64,000 nt of DNA from an uncultured Gemmatimonadaceae bacterium (lineage in GTDB: Bacteria; Gemmatimonadota; Gemmatimonadetes; Gemmatimonadales; Gemmatimonadaceae). Numbering within the stretch: the stretch's first letter is position 1; the number at the start of each line of letters is the position of its first letter. The notes below the pieces were generated by a model. It was not told the DNA's origin. It saw only the letters and a program-made list of their open reading frames with translations, and did no database searches. This document shows, one piece after another, positions 28,134 to 37,849 of this stretch. The stretch is taken from NCBI GenBank assembly GCA_963740355.1, contig CAVUDW010000002.1, forward strand, positions 384,001-448,000, written 5' to 3'. The position numbers and the translations under genes were made by a program.

Positions 28134-28553
28134 GTGGCACGACAGCCTGCAGCGAAAAAGTCTGCGAGTACCAAGGCACCCGTGAAATCAGTGCCAGCGC
28201 CGACGACGATCGACGAATATCTCTCGCGAGTCAGCCCGTCACATCGCGAGGCGCTGGAGAAGATTCGACAGGCCGTCCGTAACGCGGTGCCTGACGCGGA
28301 GGAGTGCATCAGCTACGGCATGCCGACCTTTCGGATCGGCGGCAAGGCGATCTTCCACTTCGCCGCCGCGGCGCAGCACTGTGCGATTTACGGCTCCGTT
28401 CCCACCGCCCTTCAGGCAGACCTCGCGCGTTTCGACTCCAGCGGGAAAGGCACGATCCGTTTCCAGCCCGATGATCCGATTCCGGCACCGCTGCTGGAAC
28501 AGATCGTCATGGCGCGTGTCGCCGAAGTGACGACGAAGCAGAAGTCGAAATAG
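28134..28553 (+). CDS. DUF1801 (YdhG-like) protein
   Basis: TIDEYL...PDAEECISYGMPTF...KGTIRF...PIP..LLEQIV; GGAGG SD. Confidence 0.88.
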   Translation: MARQPAAKKSASTKAPVKSVPAPTTIDEYLSRVSPSHREALEKIRQAVRNAVPDAEECISYGMPTFRIGGKAIFHFAAAAQHCAIYGSVPTALQADLARFDSSGKGTIRFQPDDPIPAPLLEQIVMARVAEVTTKQKSK

Positions 28554-28571
28554 CGGGTGAAATAATCGGCG

Positions 28572-29774
28572 CTACCGCGGCCATCCCGTCTGCGGCAGTC
28601 CACCGGTGATGCGTAGTGCATTCCCGAAGTAGACCTTCTTCAGCACCGCGTCAGGCAGGTCGATCCCGTACAGCTTCCACTTCGCGTGGTAGTCCCGGTA
28701 GTAATCGAAGTAATCGTCGCGCGTCTCGAACACGCGCCAGTAGTAGGGATACTCCTCGGGCTGGAACGAATCCTTCCCGAACAGGATCCGATCCTGGTAC
28801 TTGACGAAGAAGTCGTGCGCGGCGCGCGGCTGCCGTCCGATGTCGTACAGCACTGCACCGACTTCTGCGTTCACGTTCGGCATCGCGTCGAACATCTTGC
28901 CCAGGCGTCCGAGATCGTTCGCATGCCAGCCGAGGTGCGCGATCACGAACGTCGTACGCGGATTGCGGCGCAGCATGTTGTCGCGTTCCGTCATCAGCGT
29001 CTCGAATGACGGATACTGTTCCGGCGGATACCGGCGACTCGGGAAGAGCGAGAGCTCGAGCCAGCGCTCGTTGCTGAAATCGAGCGGCTGCCAGAACTCC
29101 TGTGGGTCCGCCGTGTGGATGAAGACCGGCAACTTCAGGCGCGCGGCCGCCTGCCAGATCGGATCGAGGTCCGGGTCATCGATCTTGAGCCGCGACCCAT
29201 CGGCCTTGCGAGCAGAGAGGCCAAGCCCCTTGCCGATTTCGCCGATGCCGACGGCGCCCGCTGCCACATCCGCCTCGAGTTGCGCCACCGCCTTCGCGGC
29301 CCAACCCGGCCCCACGCCGTTGAAATTCACGCCCGTCAGGATGCGTACGCGATCACGCATGGTCGGCGAGGCCCGAATGAGTGCAACCTGCCGCGCGAGC
29401 GCCTCCCCCGATGTGTTGTTCGCCACCACCATCGCACGCACGTTCAGCCCATCGAGGGCTGCGCCAAGCGCCGTCAGCCCCTCCGCCGAGTTGAGCTGCT
29501 CGTACGGATGCCCATGAAAATCGATGGCCGGAAACTTTGCCTTCGGCACGGTGTGCACCGGCGTGACCAGCGTCGAGCGCGGCCGATAGTCGAGGATGCT
29601 GGGCGGCGTGGCTGCGGGCGCCTGACAGTTGCCGGGTCGCACCTCGGTCATGCCAGCCGGGCACTTCTCGTCGGGCTTGATGGCGGCGCTGCGGTTGGCG
29701 TTGCCCGGTTGGGCGTGCAGAAGCCCGGCGGTGAGGCCGGTCAGGAGCAGAGTGCGGAGGGCGAACTGGCGCAT
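28572..29774 (-). CDS. Secreted amidohydrolase (Amidohydro_2 family)
   Basis: Signal peptide from ATG 29774; IDFHGH, VFIHTADP, VIAHLGW, RILFGKD, KVYFGNA. Confidence 0.88.
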   Translation of the reverse strand: MRQFALRTLLLTGLTAGLLHAQPGNANRSAAIKPDEKCPAGMTEVRPGNCQAPAATPPSILDYRPRSTLVTPVHTVPKAKFPAIDFHGHPYEQLNSAEGLTALGAALDGLNVRAMVVANNTSGEALARQVALIRASPTMRDRVRILTGVNFNGVGPGWAAKAVAQLEADVAAGAVGIGEIGKGLGLSARKADGSRLKIDDPDLDPIWQAAARLKLPVFIHTADPQEFWQPLDFSNERWLELSLFPSRRYPPEQYPSFETLMTERDNMLRRNPRTTFVIAHLGWHANDLGRLGKMFDAMPNVNAEVGAVLYDIGRQPRAAHDFFVKYQDRILFGKDSFQPEEYPYYWRVFETRDDYFDYYRDYHAKWKLYGIDLPDAVLKKVYFGNALRITGGLPQTGWPR

Positions 29775-29946
29775 GGCGTGGGGAAGGAGTCGCATGAATC
29801 TGGCCTGATGGCCGTCTCGACTCCAGCGCGGGCCTCTCCAGCGCGGACCGCTCCTGCGCGATGTTTCACGCGCATACCGCGGAGCTCGCAGGTGATGCAA
29901 TGTTTCGGGTCACGGCACGCGCATTCACCATCTCCAGAAGCCATCG

Positions 29947-30084
29947 ATGCCAGCACCAACGGCGGGCTACTCCGGCACACCGCTCTCGAAGAAGCTTGGC
30001 ATCGTGGAAGGAGCGACGGTCTGTACGCGCTACGCCCCGGACGAGTATCAGTCGCTGATCCCACGGCGATACGGCGTCCGCTGA
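29947..30084 (+). pseudogene. Truncated DUF3052-like gene remnant (45 aa)
   Basis: MPAPTAGYSGTPLSKKLGIVEGATV...APDEY matches the DUF3052 N-terminus (AGYSGTPLxKKLGI); stops at codon 46 with no continuation visible. Confidence 0.65.
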
Positions 30085-30138
30085 GTCGACTCCCTGGAGT
30101 GCAGGAGTGCCGTCACACCAGCCCTGACGGCGCCGCGG

Positions 30139-31497
30139 CTACGTGGTTTTCGGTTTCCGCGCCGTCACACTCGCCGGCAGTGCGAAGCTGAACGACAGCG
30201 TGAGGATAACCAGCGTGGCCGAGATCCAGAACGGTGCACCAGGCACCATGTGGTCGAAGGCCCAGCCCAGCGCGATCGGGAAGATCACGCGCGAGGCGCC
30301 GCCGAACGTCTGCTGCACCCCCATGTACAGCCCGCGGTCTTCGGTCGAAATCACCTTGCTCAACATCGCCGTCACGGCCGGGAAGGTGAACGCCGTGCCC
30401 AGCGGCCAGAATGCGATGCTCAGCGCCGCCCAGCCCACACTCGGAGCAAAGGGCAGCGTGGCGGTGCCGAACGCCAGCAACACCGTGCCAAGACGCGAGA
30501 GACGCGCTTCACCAAGCCAGTCCACCATCCGGCCCAGCACGAAGACACGCGTGATCACGCTCATCACGCCGACGTAGGCGAACAGCAAACCCATCGTCGC
30601 TTCATTCGCGTTGAACTTCTTGTGCAGGAACAGCGCAAGGATCGACGTCAGGCCCTGAAACGCACCGATGGCAATCGCATAGATCCAGATCAGCCGCGAT
30701 GGCGCGTCGCCGGGATGTGACACGACGCGCGAGACGGCGGCCATGCTGGCGCCGCTTTTCCGCGGCGGTCGCGGCGACGCGTCGGCTGACGCCACCGCCT
30801 TGATGCGCGACTCAGGCAGGTACTTCCACGCAAACGCGATGTTGAGCAGGCAGAGCGCTGCCGCCGCCAGGCCGGGCGCCGCATCGCCGCCCCACTGCGC
30901 CCAATTCCCCGCGGCCACCTGCTGCTTGCCGAGTGTGGCGAAGTAGCCGCCCAGCACGGGGCCGATCGCGACGCCGAAGTTGGTGGCTGCCGACAGCCAG
31001 CCAAGGGCCTTCGTCCGCTCCTCGGGCTGCGTCGCGTCGGCCACGTATGCCTGAATCACGCCGACGGTGCCACCACCTGCGCCCTGCACGATCCGTGAGA
31101 GGAACAGCACCAGCAGCGAGTGCGCGAAACCGAAGACGGCGTACGAAACCGCGCTCGCCGCCAGCGACACCATGATCACCGGGCGTCGGCCCCACTTGTC
31201 ACTCAGCCGGCCCCACATCGGCGCGCTGAGCAATTGCGCCAGCGAAAAGCTCGAGACCAGCAATCCGACCATCAGTCCGCCGGCACCAAGCCGCTGCGCA
31301 AAAAACGGCAGCAGCGGCAGGATCATCAGCACACCGATCATGTCGATCATCGCCGTGATCATCAGGATCACCAGCTCGCGCGGCACCTTCCGGAGCTGCC
31401 ACACCGTGGCGCCGGTCAGTGTCAGCCCAACGGTCCAGACGGTCCAGATGGGCACACCGGCGTCCGCGAACGAGGGTGCAGCGGTTTCGATCAACAC
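30139..31497 (-). CDS. MFS transporter (TetA/DHA1-like)
   Basis: Motif A WGRLSDKWGRRPV, LSRIVQGAGGG, AYVADAT; start uncertain. Confidence 0.9.
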   Translation of the reverse strand: MLIETAAPSFADAGVPIWTVWTVGLTLTGATVWQLRKVPRELVILMITAMIDMIGVLMILPLLPFFAQRLGAGGLMVGLLVSSFSLAQLLSAPMWGRLSDKWGRRPVIMVSLAASAVSYAVFGFAHSLLVLFLSRIVQGAGGGTVGVIQAYVADATQPEERTKALGWLSAATNFGVAIGPVLGGYFATLGKQQVAAGNWAQWGGDAAPGLAAAALCLLNIAFAWKYLPESRIKAVASADASPRPPRKSGASMAAVSRVVSHPGDAPSRLIWIYAIAIGAFQGLTSILALFLHKKFNANEATMGLLFAYVGVMSVITRVFVLGRMVDWLGEARLSRLGTVLLAFGTATLPFAPSVGWAALSIAFWPLGTAFTFPAVTAMLSKVISTEDRGLYMGVQQTFGGASRVIFPIALGWAFDHMVPGAPFWISATLVILTLSFSFALPASVTARKPKTT

Positions 31498-31504
31498 CTG
31501 GGGG

Positions 31505-32386
31505 TCATCCTTCGGCGCGCCCGAGCGCGGCCGGCGGTACGGCGCGACCGACGACGCCGGCCAGTGCCACGAGAGTGAGGACGTACGGAATCATCGACAC
31601 GAACTGCGACGGCAGTACCCCAGATCCCTGCACCTGAATCTGTACCGCCTCCGCGAAAGCAAACAACAAGCAGGCGATGCCTGCGCGCACCGGCATCCAG
31701 CGCCCGAAGATCACGGCTGCCAGCGCGATGAAGCCACGCCCCGCCGTCATCTGGTCCGTGAACTGGTGCTGATCGAGCGCGAGGTAGCAACCGCCGAGGG
31801 CCGCCAGCGCTCCCGACGTGATCACCGCTCCGTAGCGAATACGATCCACCGACACGCCCAGTGTCGTCGCCGCCTCTGGCTTCTCGCCCACCGCACGCAC
31901 CCGCAGGCCGAATCGTGTGCGCGTGATGACCCAGGCCAGGATCGGCATCACGATCACCCCCAGCCAGATGAGCGGATTTTCGAGAGTCGCGAGCAATCCG
32001 GCGTTGCCGTCACTGCCGAAGCCCGCCACGCGCGGTGAGTTCGACGAACTGTCGAAGGCCAGGCGGAGGAAGAAACGCGTCAGCCCGACGACCATCAGGT
32101 TGATCGCCACCGCACTCACGATCTGATCGGCCTTGAAGCGAATCGTGGCCACGGCATGCAGCGCACCGAAGAGCGCGCCACCCAGCATCCCGATCACCAA
32201 TCCCGCCCACGGATTGCCGAAGTAGAAGCTGCCGAGCGTGGCGCAAAACGCACCTGACAACATGAACCCTTCGAGTGTCAGGCTCACGATGCCGGCGCGT
32301 TCCGCCAGCACGCCACCCGACGCCGCAAAGAGGTACGGGATCGCGATCCGCAGCGTCTGCAGCAACAGCAGGAAGGTCATCTTCAT
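31505..32386 (-). CDS. Nucleoside/sugar ABC transporter permease (NupC/YufQ-like)
   Basis: AERAGIV..LEGFML, GLRVRAVGEKP, GRGFIALAAVIFGRW. Confidence 0.9.
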   Translation of the reverse strand: MKMTFLLLLQTLRIAIPYLFAASGGVLAERAGIVSLTLEGFMLSGAFCATLGSFYFGNPWAGLVIGMLGGALFGALHAVATIRFKADQIVSAVAINLMVVGLTRFFLRLAFDSSSNSPRVAGFGSDGNAGLLATLENPLIWLGVIVMPILAWVITRTRFGLRVRAVGEKPEAATTLGVSVDRIRYGAVITSGALAALGGCYLALDQHQFTDQMTAGRGFIALAAVIFGRWMPVRAGIACLLFAFAEAVQIQVQGSGVLPSQFVSMIPYVLTLVALAGVVGRAVPPAALGRAEG

Positions 32387-32390
32387 CGCG

Positions 32391-33476
32391 TCATCCCTTC
32401 GCCGGCGCAGCAGCGGCTGCCTTCGGCGGGCGAGCGCGCAACAGCCGACGAACCTCCGGAACGCTGACCGCGACTGCCAGGATCACGATCCCTTCTAAAA
32501 CTTCCACCATCTGCTTCGGCACCAGCGCATGAATCGCCAGTCCACCCTGTGACAGCGTGGCGAAGAACAGTGCCGCCAGCAGCACGCCGAACGGGTTGTT
32601 GCGGCCCACCAGCGCGACCGCGATTCCGAGGAAGCCAGCACCGCCAGAGAACCCATCCTCGAAGTAGTTCTTGTAGCCGAGCACGAAGTTCACGCTTCCC
32701 AGACCGGCGATCGCGCCGGCCAGCACCATCGACGTGACCCAGATGCGGGGCACGCGAATGCCTCCCGACTCCGCCGCCAGCGGCTGCAGGCCAACCGCGC
32801 GCAACTCGTAGCCGAAGCGTGAGCGGAAGAGCAGCCATGCCACGATCACGACCGACAGCAACGCGATCAGGATCGTCCCATTGGCCGCCGAGCCATGGAA
32901 CATCGGCACGTAGGCGGCAAGCCGTGGAATCGCGGTGCTCGCGACGGCGGGTGTATGCAGCGTTTCAGGGACGGCCAGCCCAGTCGCGGAGATCGCCCAG
33001 TTGAGCAGCGCCAGCACGATGAAATTCAGCATGATCGTGGCGATGACTTCGTGCGCACCAAAGCGCGCACGCAACACACCGGGCACGAAGCCGACCAGTC
33101 CGCCGCCGATCATCGCGGCCACGAGGCACAGGGGAATTGCGAGCCACGGCGTCATCCCGGTCGGCAGCAACAATCCCAGCGCACCAGCGCAGAACCCGCC
33201 GGCGGCCAGCTGGCTTTCCGCGCCGATGTTGAACAGCCCGGCGCGCAACCCGATGGCCACGCTCAAGCCGGTGAACACCAGCGTGGTCGCCTTGTACAGC
33301 ACCTGACCGATCCCGTAGGCGTTGCCCCACGTGCCATTGAGCATCAGGCGCCAGACTTCACCCGGTGCCTGGCCGTATGACAGGATCAACAGGTCGCCGG
33401 CCACCAGCGCCACCAGCAACGCGGTGAGCGTCGGCAGCACCCCTTCTTCGAACGCCGCAGTCGTTCGTGCCGTCAT
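32391..33476 (-). CDS. Nucleoside/sugar ABC transporter permease (NupB/YufP-like)
   Basis: GLFNIGAESQ, HEVIATIMLNF, GYELRAVG, GFLGIAVALVGRNNP. Confidence 0.9.
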   Translation of the reverse strand: MTARTTAAFEEGVLPTLTALLVALVAGDLLILSYGQAPGEVWRLMLNGTWGNAYGIGQVLYKATTLVFTGLSVAIGLRAGLFNIGAESQLAAGGFCAGALGLLLPTGMTPWLAIPLCLVAAMIGGGLVGFVPGVLRARFGAHEVIATIMLNFIVLALLNWAISATGLAVPETLHTPAVASTAIPRLAAYVPMFHGSAANGTILIALLSVVIVAWLLFRSRFGYELRAVGLQPLAAESGGIRVPRIWVTSMVLAGAIAGLGSVNFVLGYKNYFEDGFSGGAGFLGIAVALVGRNNPFGVLLAALFFATLSQGGLAIHALVPKQMVEVLEGIVILAVAVSVPEVRRLLRARPPKAAAAAPAKG

Positions 33477-35053
33477 GATTGTGCGCCCGTCATCCAAGGC
33501 CCAATCACCTCTTCGCTGGCCTCGGCGCGCGGCATCTCCGTCACGATCTTTCCGCGGTACATGACGGCCACGCGATCACTCAGCGCGAGGATCTCGTGCA
33601 GTTCGGCGCTCACGAGCAGGATGGCCTTTCCGGCGCGCCGTGCGGCCCGCAGTTGGTCGTGAATGAACTCGATGGCACCGACGTCGACGCCGCGTGTGGG
33701 CTGCGCGGCGAGCAGGACGCGGAAATCGGCTGGCATTTCGCGGGCGACCACGATCTTCTGCTGATTCCCGCCACTCAAGGCTCGCGCCGGCAGCAGCGGA
33801 TCCGCGGGACGGATGTCGAAGGCCTTGATGCGATCTTCGGCAAAGGCGAGCGTGCGCGCGCGATTGATGGCGCCACTGCTGGAAAACTGCTTCTGTCGAC
33901 CGAGGATCAGGTTGTCGGCAATCGAGTAATCGAGCACCAGCCCGCGCGCGTGGCGGTCTTCGGGAATGTGCGTGATGCCGAGTGCGAGTCGCTTGCCGAT
34001 GGGGAACCGTGTCACGTCGGTGCCATCGACGGTGATCGTTCCACTGGTCACGGCACGGAGGCCGGCGATGGCTTCGATCAACTCGGTCTGTCCGTTCCCT
34101 TCGACGCCGGCGATGCCAAGGATCTCACCGGGGGCAATGGTGAGTGAGAGGTTGTCGACGGCTTTTCTCGCGCGCGTGCTCGCGATCGTGACGCCACTGA
34201 GCCGGAGTCGAGGGGTGTCGGTGTAGGTGGGAGTCGGGGCAGGGGTGGAACTGATGGCGGCTGGCGGCGACAGCTTCTCCGCGCCTGTGGGCATCCCGTT
34301 CTCATCCAACCGCACCGCGCGCCCCACCATCGCTGTCGCAATCGCCGCCGGCGTCGTCTCCGCCGTCACCATCCGCGCCACCGTCGCACCATGGCGCATC
34401 ACCGTGATCCGGTCCGTCACGTCCATCAACTCATCCAGCTTGTGCGTCACCAGCACGATCGTCGCACCGTTGTCCCGCACCGTCCGCAACACCTTCCACA
34501 ATTCCGTCACTTCCGGCGGCGACAACACCGCCGTCGGCTCATCGAGAATCAGCAGCTTGGCGCCGCGATAGAGTGTCTTCAGGATCTCGACACGCTGCGC
34601 CTCGCCTACGCTCAACTCCGACACCAGCCGGCCTGGCTGACATGCCAACCCAGTGCGCTCGCTGAGCGTCGACAGCGTCTGCTCGGCAAGCGCGCGATCA
34701 TACGTCAGCCCTGACATCGGTTCGCGACCCAGCACCACGTTCTCGGCCACCGTCAGCGTCGGCACCAGCATGAAGTGCTGATGCACCATGCCCACGCCGG
34801 CCGCGATCGCATCGGACGTCGTCCAGCCTGTCACATCCGTGCCGAAGACTTCCACCGTGCCACCGTCCGGTGCGAACATCCCGCTCAGCACGCGCAGCAA
34901 GGTGCTTTTCCCGGCACCATTCTCGCCAACCACCGCGTGGATTTCGCCGACGTTGACTTCCAGTGACGCGTCGCGATTCGCCTGCACCGGTCCGAAGAAT
35001 TTCGCCACCTGCGACATGCGCACGGCGACCTGACCATTCACCGGTGCACTCAC
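33473..35053 (-). CDS. Nucleoside/sugar ABC ATP-binding protein (NupA/YufO-like, two ABC domains)
   Basis: GENGAGKST, MVHQHFML, LSVGEAQRVEI, GVEGNGQTEL, LSGGNQQK, QPTRGVDVGA. Confidence 0.93.
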   Translation of the reverse strand: MSAPVNGQVAVRMSQVAKFFGPVQANRDASLEVNVGEIHAVVGENGAGKSTLLRVLSGMFAPDGGTVEVFGTDVTGWTTSDAIAAGVGMVHQHFMLVPTLTVAENVVLGREPMSGLTYDRALAEQTLSTLSERTGLACQPGRLVSELSVGEAQRVEILKTLYRGAKLLILDEPTAVLSPPEVTELWKVLRTVRDNGATIVLVTHKLDELMDVTDRITVMRHGATVARMVTAETTPAAIATAMVGRAVRLDENGMPTGAEKLSPPAAISSTPAPTPTYTDTPRLRLSGVTIASTRARKAVDNLSLTIAPGEILGIAGVEGNGQTELIEAIAGLRAVTSGTITVDGTDVTRFPIGKRLALGITHIPEDRHARGLVLDYSIADNLILGRQKQFSSSGAINRARTLAFAEDRIKAFDIRPADPLLPARALSGGNQQKIVVAREMPADFRVLLAAQPTRGVDVGAIEFIHDQLRAARRAGKAILLVSAELHEILALSDRVAVMYRGKIVTEMPRAEASEEVIGPWMTGAQS

Positions 35054-36099
35054 GAACGCGTGCTCGGCACTTTGATCTTGCCGGAGACGATGTCGCGTTC
35101 GATCTCGAGCAGGCGTGAGTGCACGCTGTCGGGAATCAGCGCACGATTGTTCGCGTCGTAGATGTAGCCGACACCTTTCTCCTTCAGTCCATACGAATAG
35201 ACGCCGCCCTGAAAGCTGCCGTCCTTCGCGCGCCGGATCGTGTCGAAGACCGACGCGCTCACACCTTTCACCATCGATGTCAGCACGTAGCCTGGTGCTT
35301 CGCCGTACTGATCGGCGTCGACGCCGATGCCGTAGTGGCCCTTGCCCATCGCGCGCGCCGCCTCGAACATGCCGAGTCCGGTGGAGCCGCTGGCATGGAA
35401 GATCACGTTCACACCTTGCTGGTACTGGCTCAACGCCAGCTCCTTGCCCTTGCTTGGATTGCGAAACGCTTCTGGTGTGACGCCGGCGTATTGCGCGATC
35501 ACCGTGCAGTCCGGACAGACGTATTTCACGCCCGCCTTGTAGCCGGCCTCGAACTTGTGGATGAGCGGGATGTCCATGCCGCCGAGGAATCCGACCTTCT
35601 TCGAGCCGCCGACCAGCGCGGCCATCGCGCCGACGAGGAATGAGCCTTCTTCCTCACGGAACTTGAGCGCGGCCACGTTCGGCGGTGGTGCGATGACATG
35701 GCCCTTGTCGTCCGTGGCCACAGAGAAGTCGACCCCGGCGAAATTCACGTCCGGATATTCCTTCGCCAGTTCCGTCAGGTCATCGGTGAAGATGAACCCG
35801 ACGCCGATCACGAGGTCGCGATGCTCCGCAGCCAGCAGTCGCAGGCCGGCTTCGCGATCCGAGCCGTCCCCAGGCTCGATGAACTGCACCCTGGCCGACA
35901 ATGCCTTGGTGGCCGAATCGGCGCCGGCATAGGCGCCGTCGTTGAACGACTTGTCGCCGCGTCCGCCGAGGTCGAACACCACGCCCACCAGCGGGCCAGT
36001 GCCGGCGGCCTCGAGCGAAGGGGCGCTGGCAGGCTGGACGAAGAGCAGGGCGCCGTGGACGAGCGTCAGGACGGCCAGGGCGGCGATGAGGGGGCGCAT
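35050..36099 (-). CDS. BMP family ABC substrate-binding protein (purine nucleoside type)
   Basis: GGRGDKSFND, VIGVGF, FREEEGSFLVG, GIGVDADQ, LTSMVK; real start ATG 36099, not 36864. Confidence 0.92.
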   Translation of the reverse strand: MRPLIAALAVLTLVHGALLFVQPASAPSLEAAGTGPLVGVVFDLGGRGDKSFNDGAYAGADSATKALSARVQFIEPGDGSDREAGLRLLAAEHRDLVIGVGFIFTDDLTELAKEYPDVNFAGVDFSVATDDKGHVIAPPPNVAALKFREEEGSFLVGAMAALVGGSKKVGFLGGMDIPLIHKFEAGYKAGVKYVCPDCTVIAQYAGVTPEAFRNPSKGKELALSQYQQGVNVIFHASGSTGLGMFEAARAMGKGHYGIGVDADQYGEAPGYVLTSMVKGVSASVFDTIRRAKDGSFQGGVYSYGLKEKGVGYIYDANNRALIPDSVHSRLLEIERDIVSGKIKVPSTRS

Positions 36100-36225
36100 G
36101 AGGCCGGAAAGGTCGTCAGCGCGGAGGGGTGCGGCAAGCGAAAGGCATCTGGCGCCTCCCTCCGATGCCCGCCGCAAACTGTCCCGTGCTTCGCCCTCAG
36201 GCATCCGCTGTGGCAAAGGGGAGAC

Positions 36226-36261
36226 TTGACAGTCTACTGTCGTAGATGACAGTGTACTGCC
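36226..36261. promoter_or_regulatory. Tandem palindromic operator pair overlapping a TTGACA hexamer
   Basis: GACAGT-ct-ACTGTC (36228-36241) and GACAGT-gt-ACTGCC (36248-36261), 20 bp apart; TTGACA at 36226-36231. Confidence 0.6.
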
Positions 36262-36356
36262 ACTAACACATCCTGCCGCGTCACTACCCCTCCGTGATGA
36301 CGCTCCCGGCGTCATTGGCGCGGGGCCCCTGCCACTCGAGTCCGGAGACTCTCGCC

Positions 36357-37112
36357 ATGACGTCCCTCTCGATCGAACCCGCGACCCTGTCCGCCCCCGG
36401 GCGTCGCTCGAATCCGGCACCCGTGCCCGCGGCATCGGGCGCCGCGTGGTGGTTGCTCCTGATCGTAGTCGCGACCGTGCTCGGCTTTCGCCCAACGATC
36501 GCCAAGGGGCCACAAGGCCTTGATCTCGCACATGCAGCGCACGGCACCATCGCGCTTGGATGGTCGCTGCTGCTGATCGTGCAGGCAGCGCTTGCCGACG
36601 CGGGTCGACGGCGTGCGCACAGGCTCTTCGCCATCGCGGGAGTGGCATGTGCCGTCGGGCTCGTGACGACGTCGGTGCCAATGCTGCACACGATGGCCAA
36701 GGCCGCGGTGGCCAACGAACGGTTCCGGCCGATGGGCTACCAGCTGCTGGCGATGGACATCCTGCTGATGGCGCTCTTCGTGACGCTCTTCGCGGTCGCG
36801 CTCGCTTTCGTTCGGAAGCCCGCGGTTCACAGCCGCGCACTGGCTGCCACAGGAGTCCTCGCACTCCCGGCAGGCCTGGGACGCGCCTACATGGCGTGGT
36901 TCCATGTGGGCCCGATCGACGGAAGCCACCTCGCCATCATCACGGGCGCCCTCATCCTTCTCGCGCTCGTGCTTCGAGACCGACTGGCTGGGCAGCGCGA
37001 ACCGGTGTACCCCGCCGTCCTCATCTCGTTGATCGCGCTGGAACTGCTCTTCCCACTGGTCGCGAGGTCCGGTTGGTTCGATCAGGCGATGCGCGTCTTT
37101 TCGGTCGCCTAG
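36357..37112 (+). CDS. Hypothetical integral membrane protein (His-containing TM helices)
   Basis: About 7 TM; HAAHG, RRAHR, AVHSRAL...PAGLGR; GGAG SD before ATG 36357. Confidence 0.75.
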   Translation: MTSLSIEPATLSAPGRRSNPAPVPAASGAAWWLLLIVVATVLGFRPTIAKGPQGLDLAHAAHGTIALGWSLLLIVQAALADAGRRRAHRLFAIAGVACAVGLVTTSVPMLHTMAKAAVANERFRPMGYQLLAMDILLMALFVTLFAVALAFVRKPAVHSRALAATGVLALPAGLGRAYMAWFHVGPIDGSHLAIITGALILLALVLRDRLAGQREPVYPAVLISLIALELLFPLVARSGWFDQAMRVFSVA

Positions 37113-37146
37113 GCGTCGTTCTGTCGCGCTGGACCGGACGCCATTC

Positions 37147-37758
37147 TCAGAGTCGTTGCCACACCAGGCGAGCAACCCGCTCCAGCTTCTGGCGCTCGGC
37201 CCCATCCCTCGCCAACGTCGACAGCCCCTGAATCACGGCCATCACATGCGCCGCCACCGCCTCGACGTCCATTCCCTCGTCGAGCTCACCATCGCGCACA
37301 CCGGCTTCCAGCCGCCCACGCAACTGCGTCTCGATTGACCCGCGGATCTGCGCCAACTCGGCCTGCACATCCGCCGCCTCCGCTGAACAGCTGATCGCCG
37401 CACTCGCCAGCAAACACCCTGGCGGCGTGTCGGCCCCGGTGAAGCCGACCACCGAGGCGTCGAGGAGCCCGCGCACTGCATCCCGGGCCGTCGACGCCTC
37501 CGCGATGATCCGCTCCGACACGGCCGGCTCACCGACGTACAGCCGCACGGCTTCGAGGAAGAGCGCCTTCTTGTTTCCGAAGGCGGCATACACGCTGGGC
37601 GGCGTCACCCCCATCGCCGCCGTCAGGTCACCGAGCGAGGTGGCTTCATACCCATGCCGCCAGAACACGAGCATCGCCTCCCGCAGCGCCCGCTCCCGAT
37701 CGAACGACAATGGCCGCCCGGCTCGGCGGCGACTCGGTAGGGAATCAACAGTTTTCAT
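37147..37758 (-). CDS. TetR/AcrR family regulator (ComR/NemR-like)
   Basis: GRPLSFDRERALREAMLVFWRHGYEATS...PPSVYAAFGNKKALF, PPGCLL. Confidence 0.93.
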   Translation of the reverse strand: MKTVDSLPSRRRAGRPLSFDRERALREAMLVFWRHGYEATSLGDLTAAMGVTPPSVYAAFGNKKALFLEAVRLYVGEPAVSERIIAEASTARDAVRGLLDASVVGFTGADTPPGCLLASAAISCSAEAADVQAELAQIRGSIETQLRGRLEAGVRDGELDEGMDVEAVAAHVMAVIQGLSTLARDGAERQKLERVARLVWQRL

Positions 37759-37765
37759 ATCTATC

Positions 37766-37826
37766 ACTATGAAACCCTTGCACCGTCGCCGCAAGCGGTA
37801 CTACTCTAAACCATAGCGATCGATAC
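37766..37826. promoter_or_regulatory. Overlapping divergent sigma70-like promoters with candidate TetR operator
   Basis: Minus: TTGCGG-17 bp-CATAGT, 7 nt before tetR ATG. Plus: TTGCAC(37778)-18 bp-TACTCT(37802). Quasi-palindrome TAGCGATCGATA near 37814-37825. Confidence 0.6.
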
Positions 37827-37849
37827 TGAATCCTAACGCCGGACCCTGA

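Noticed and set aside
25839..28553. HEAT/DUF4242/ankyrin/DUF1801 cluster as a defence system
   Set aside because: No nuclease, NTPase or toxin domains; a terminator lies within the cluster and the genes look like independent accessory genes.
36100..36864. N-terminal 254-aa extension of the BMP ORF as a fusion
   Set aside because: Arg/Pro-rich non-protein-like sequence that overlaps a plus-strand gene; the signal sequence starts at 36099.
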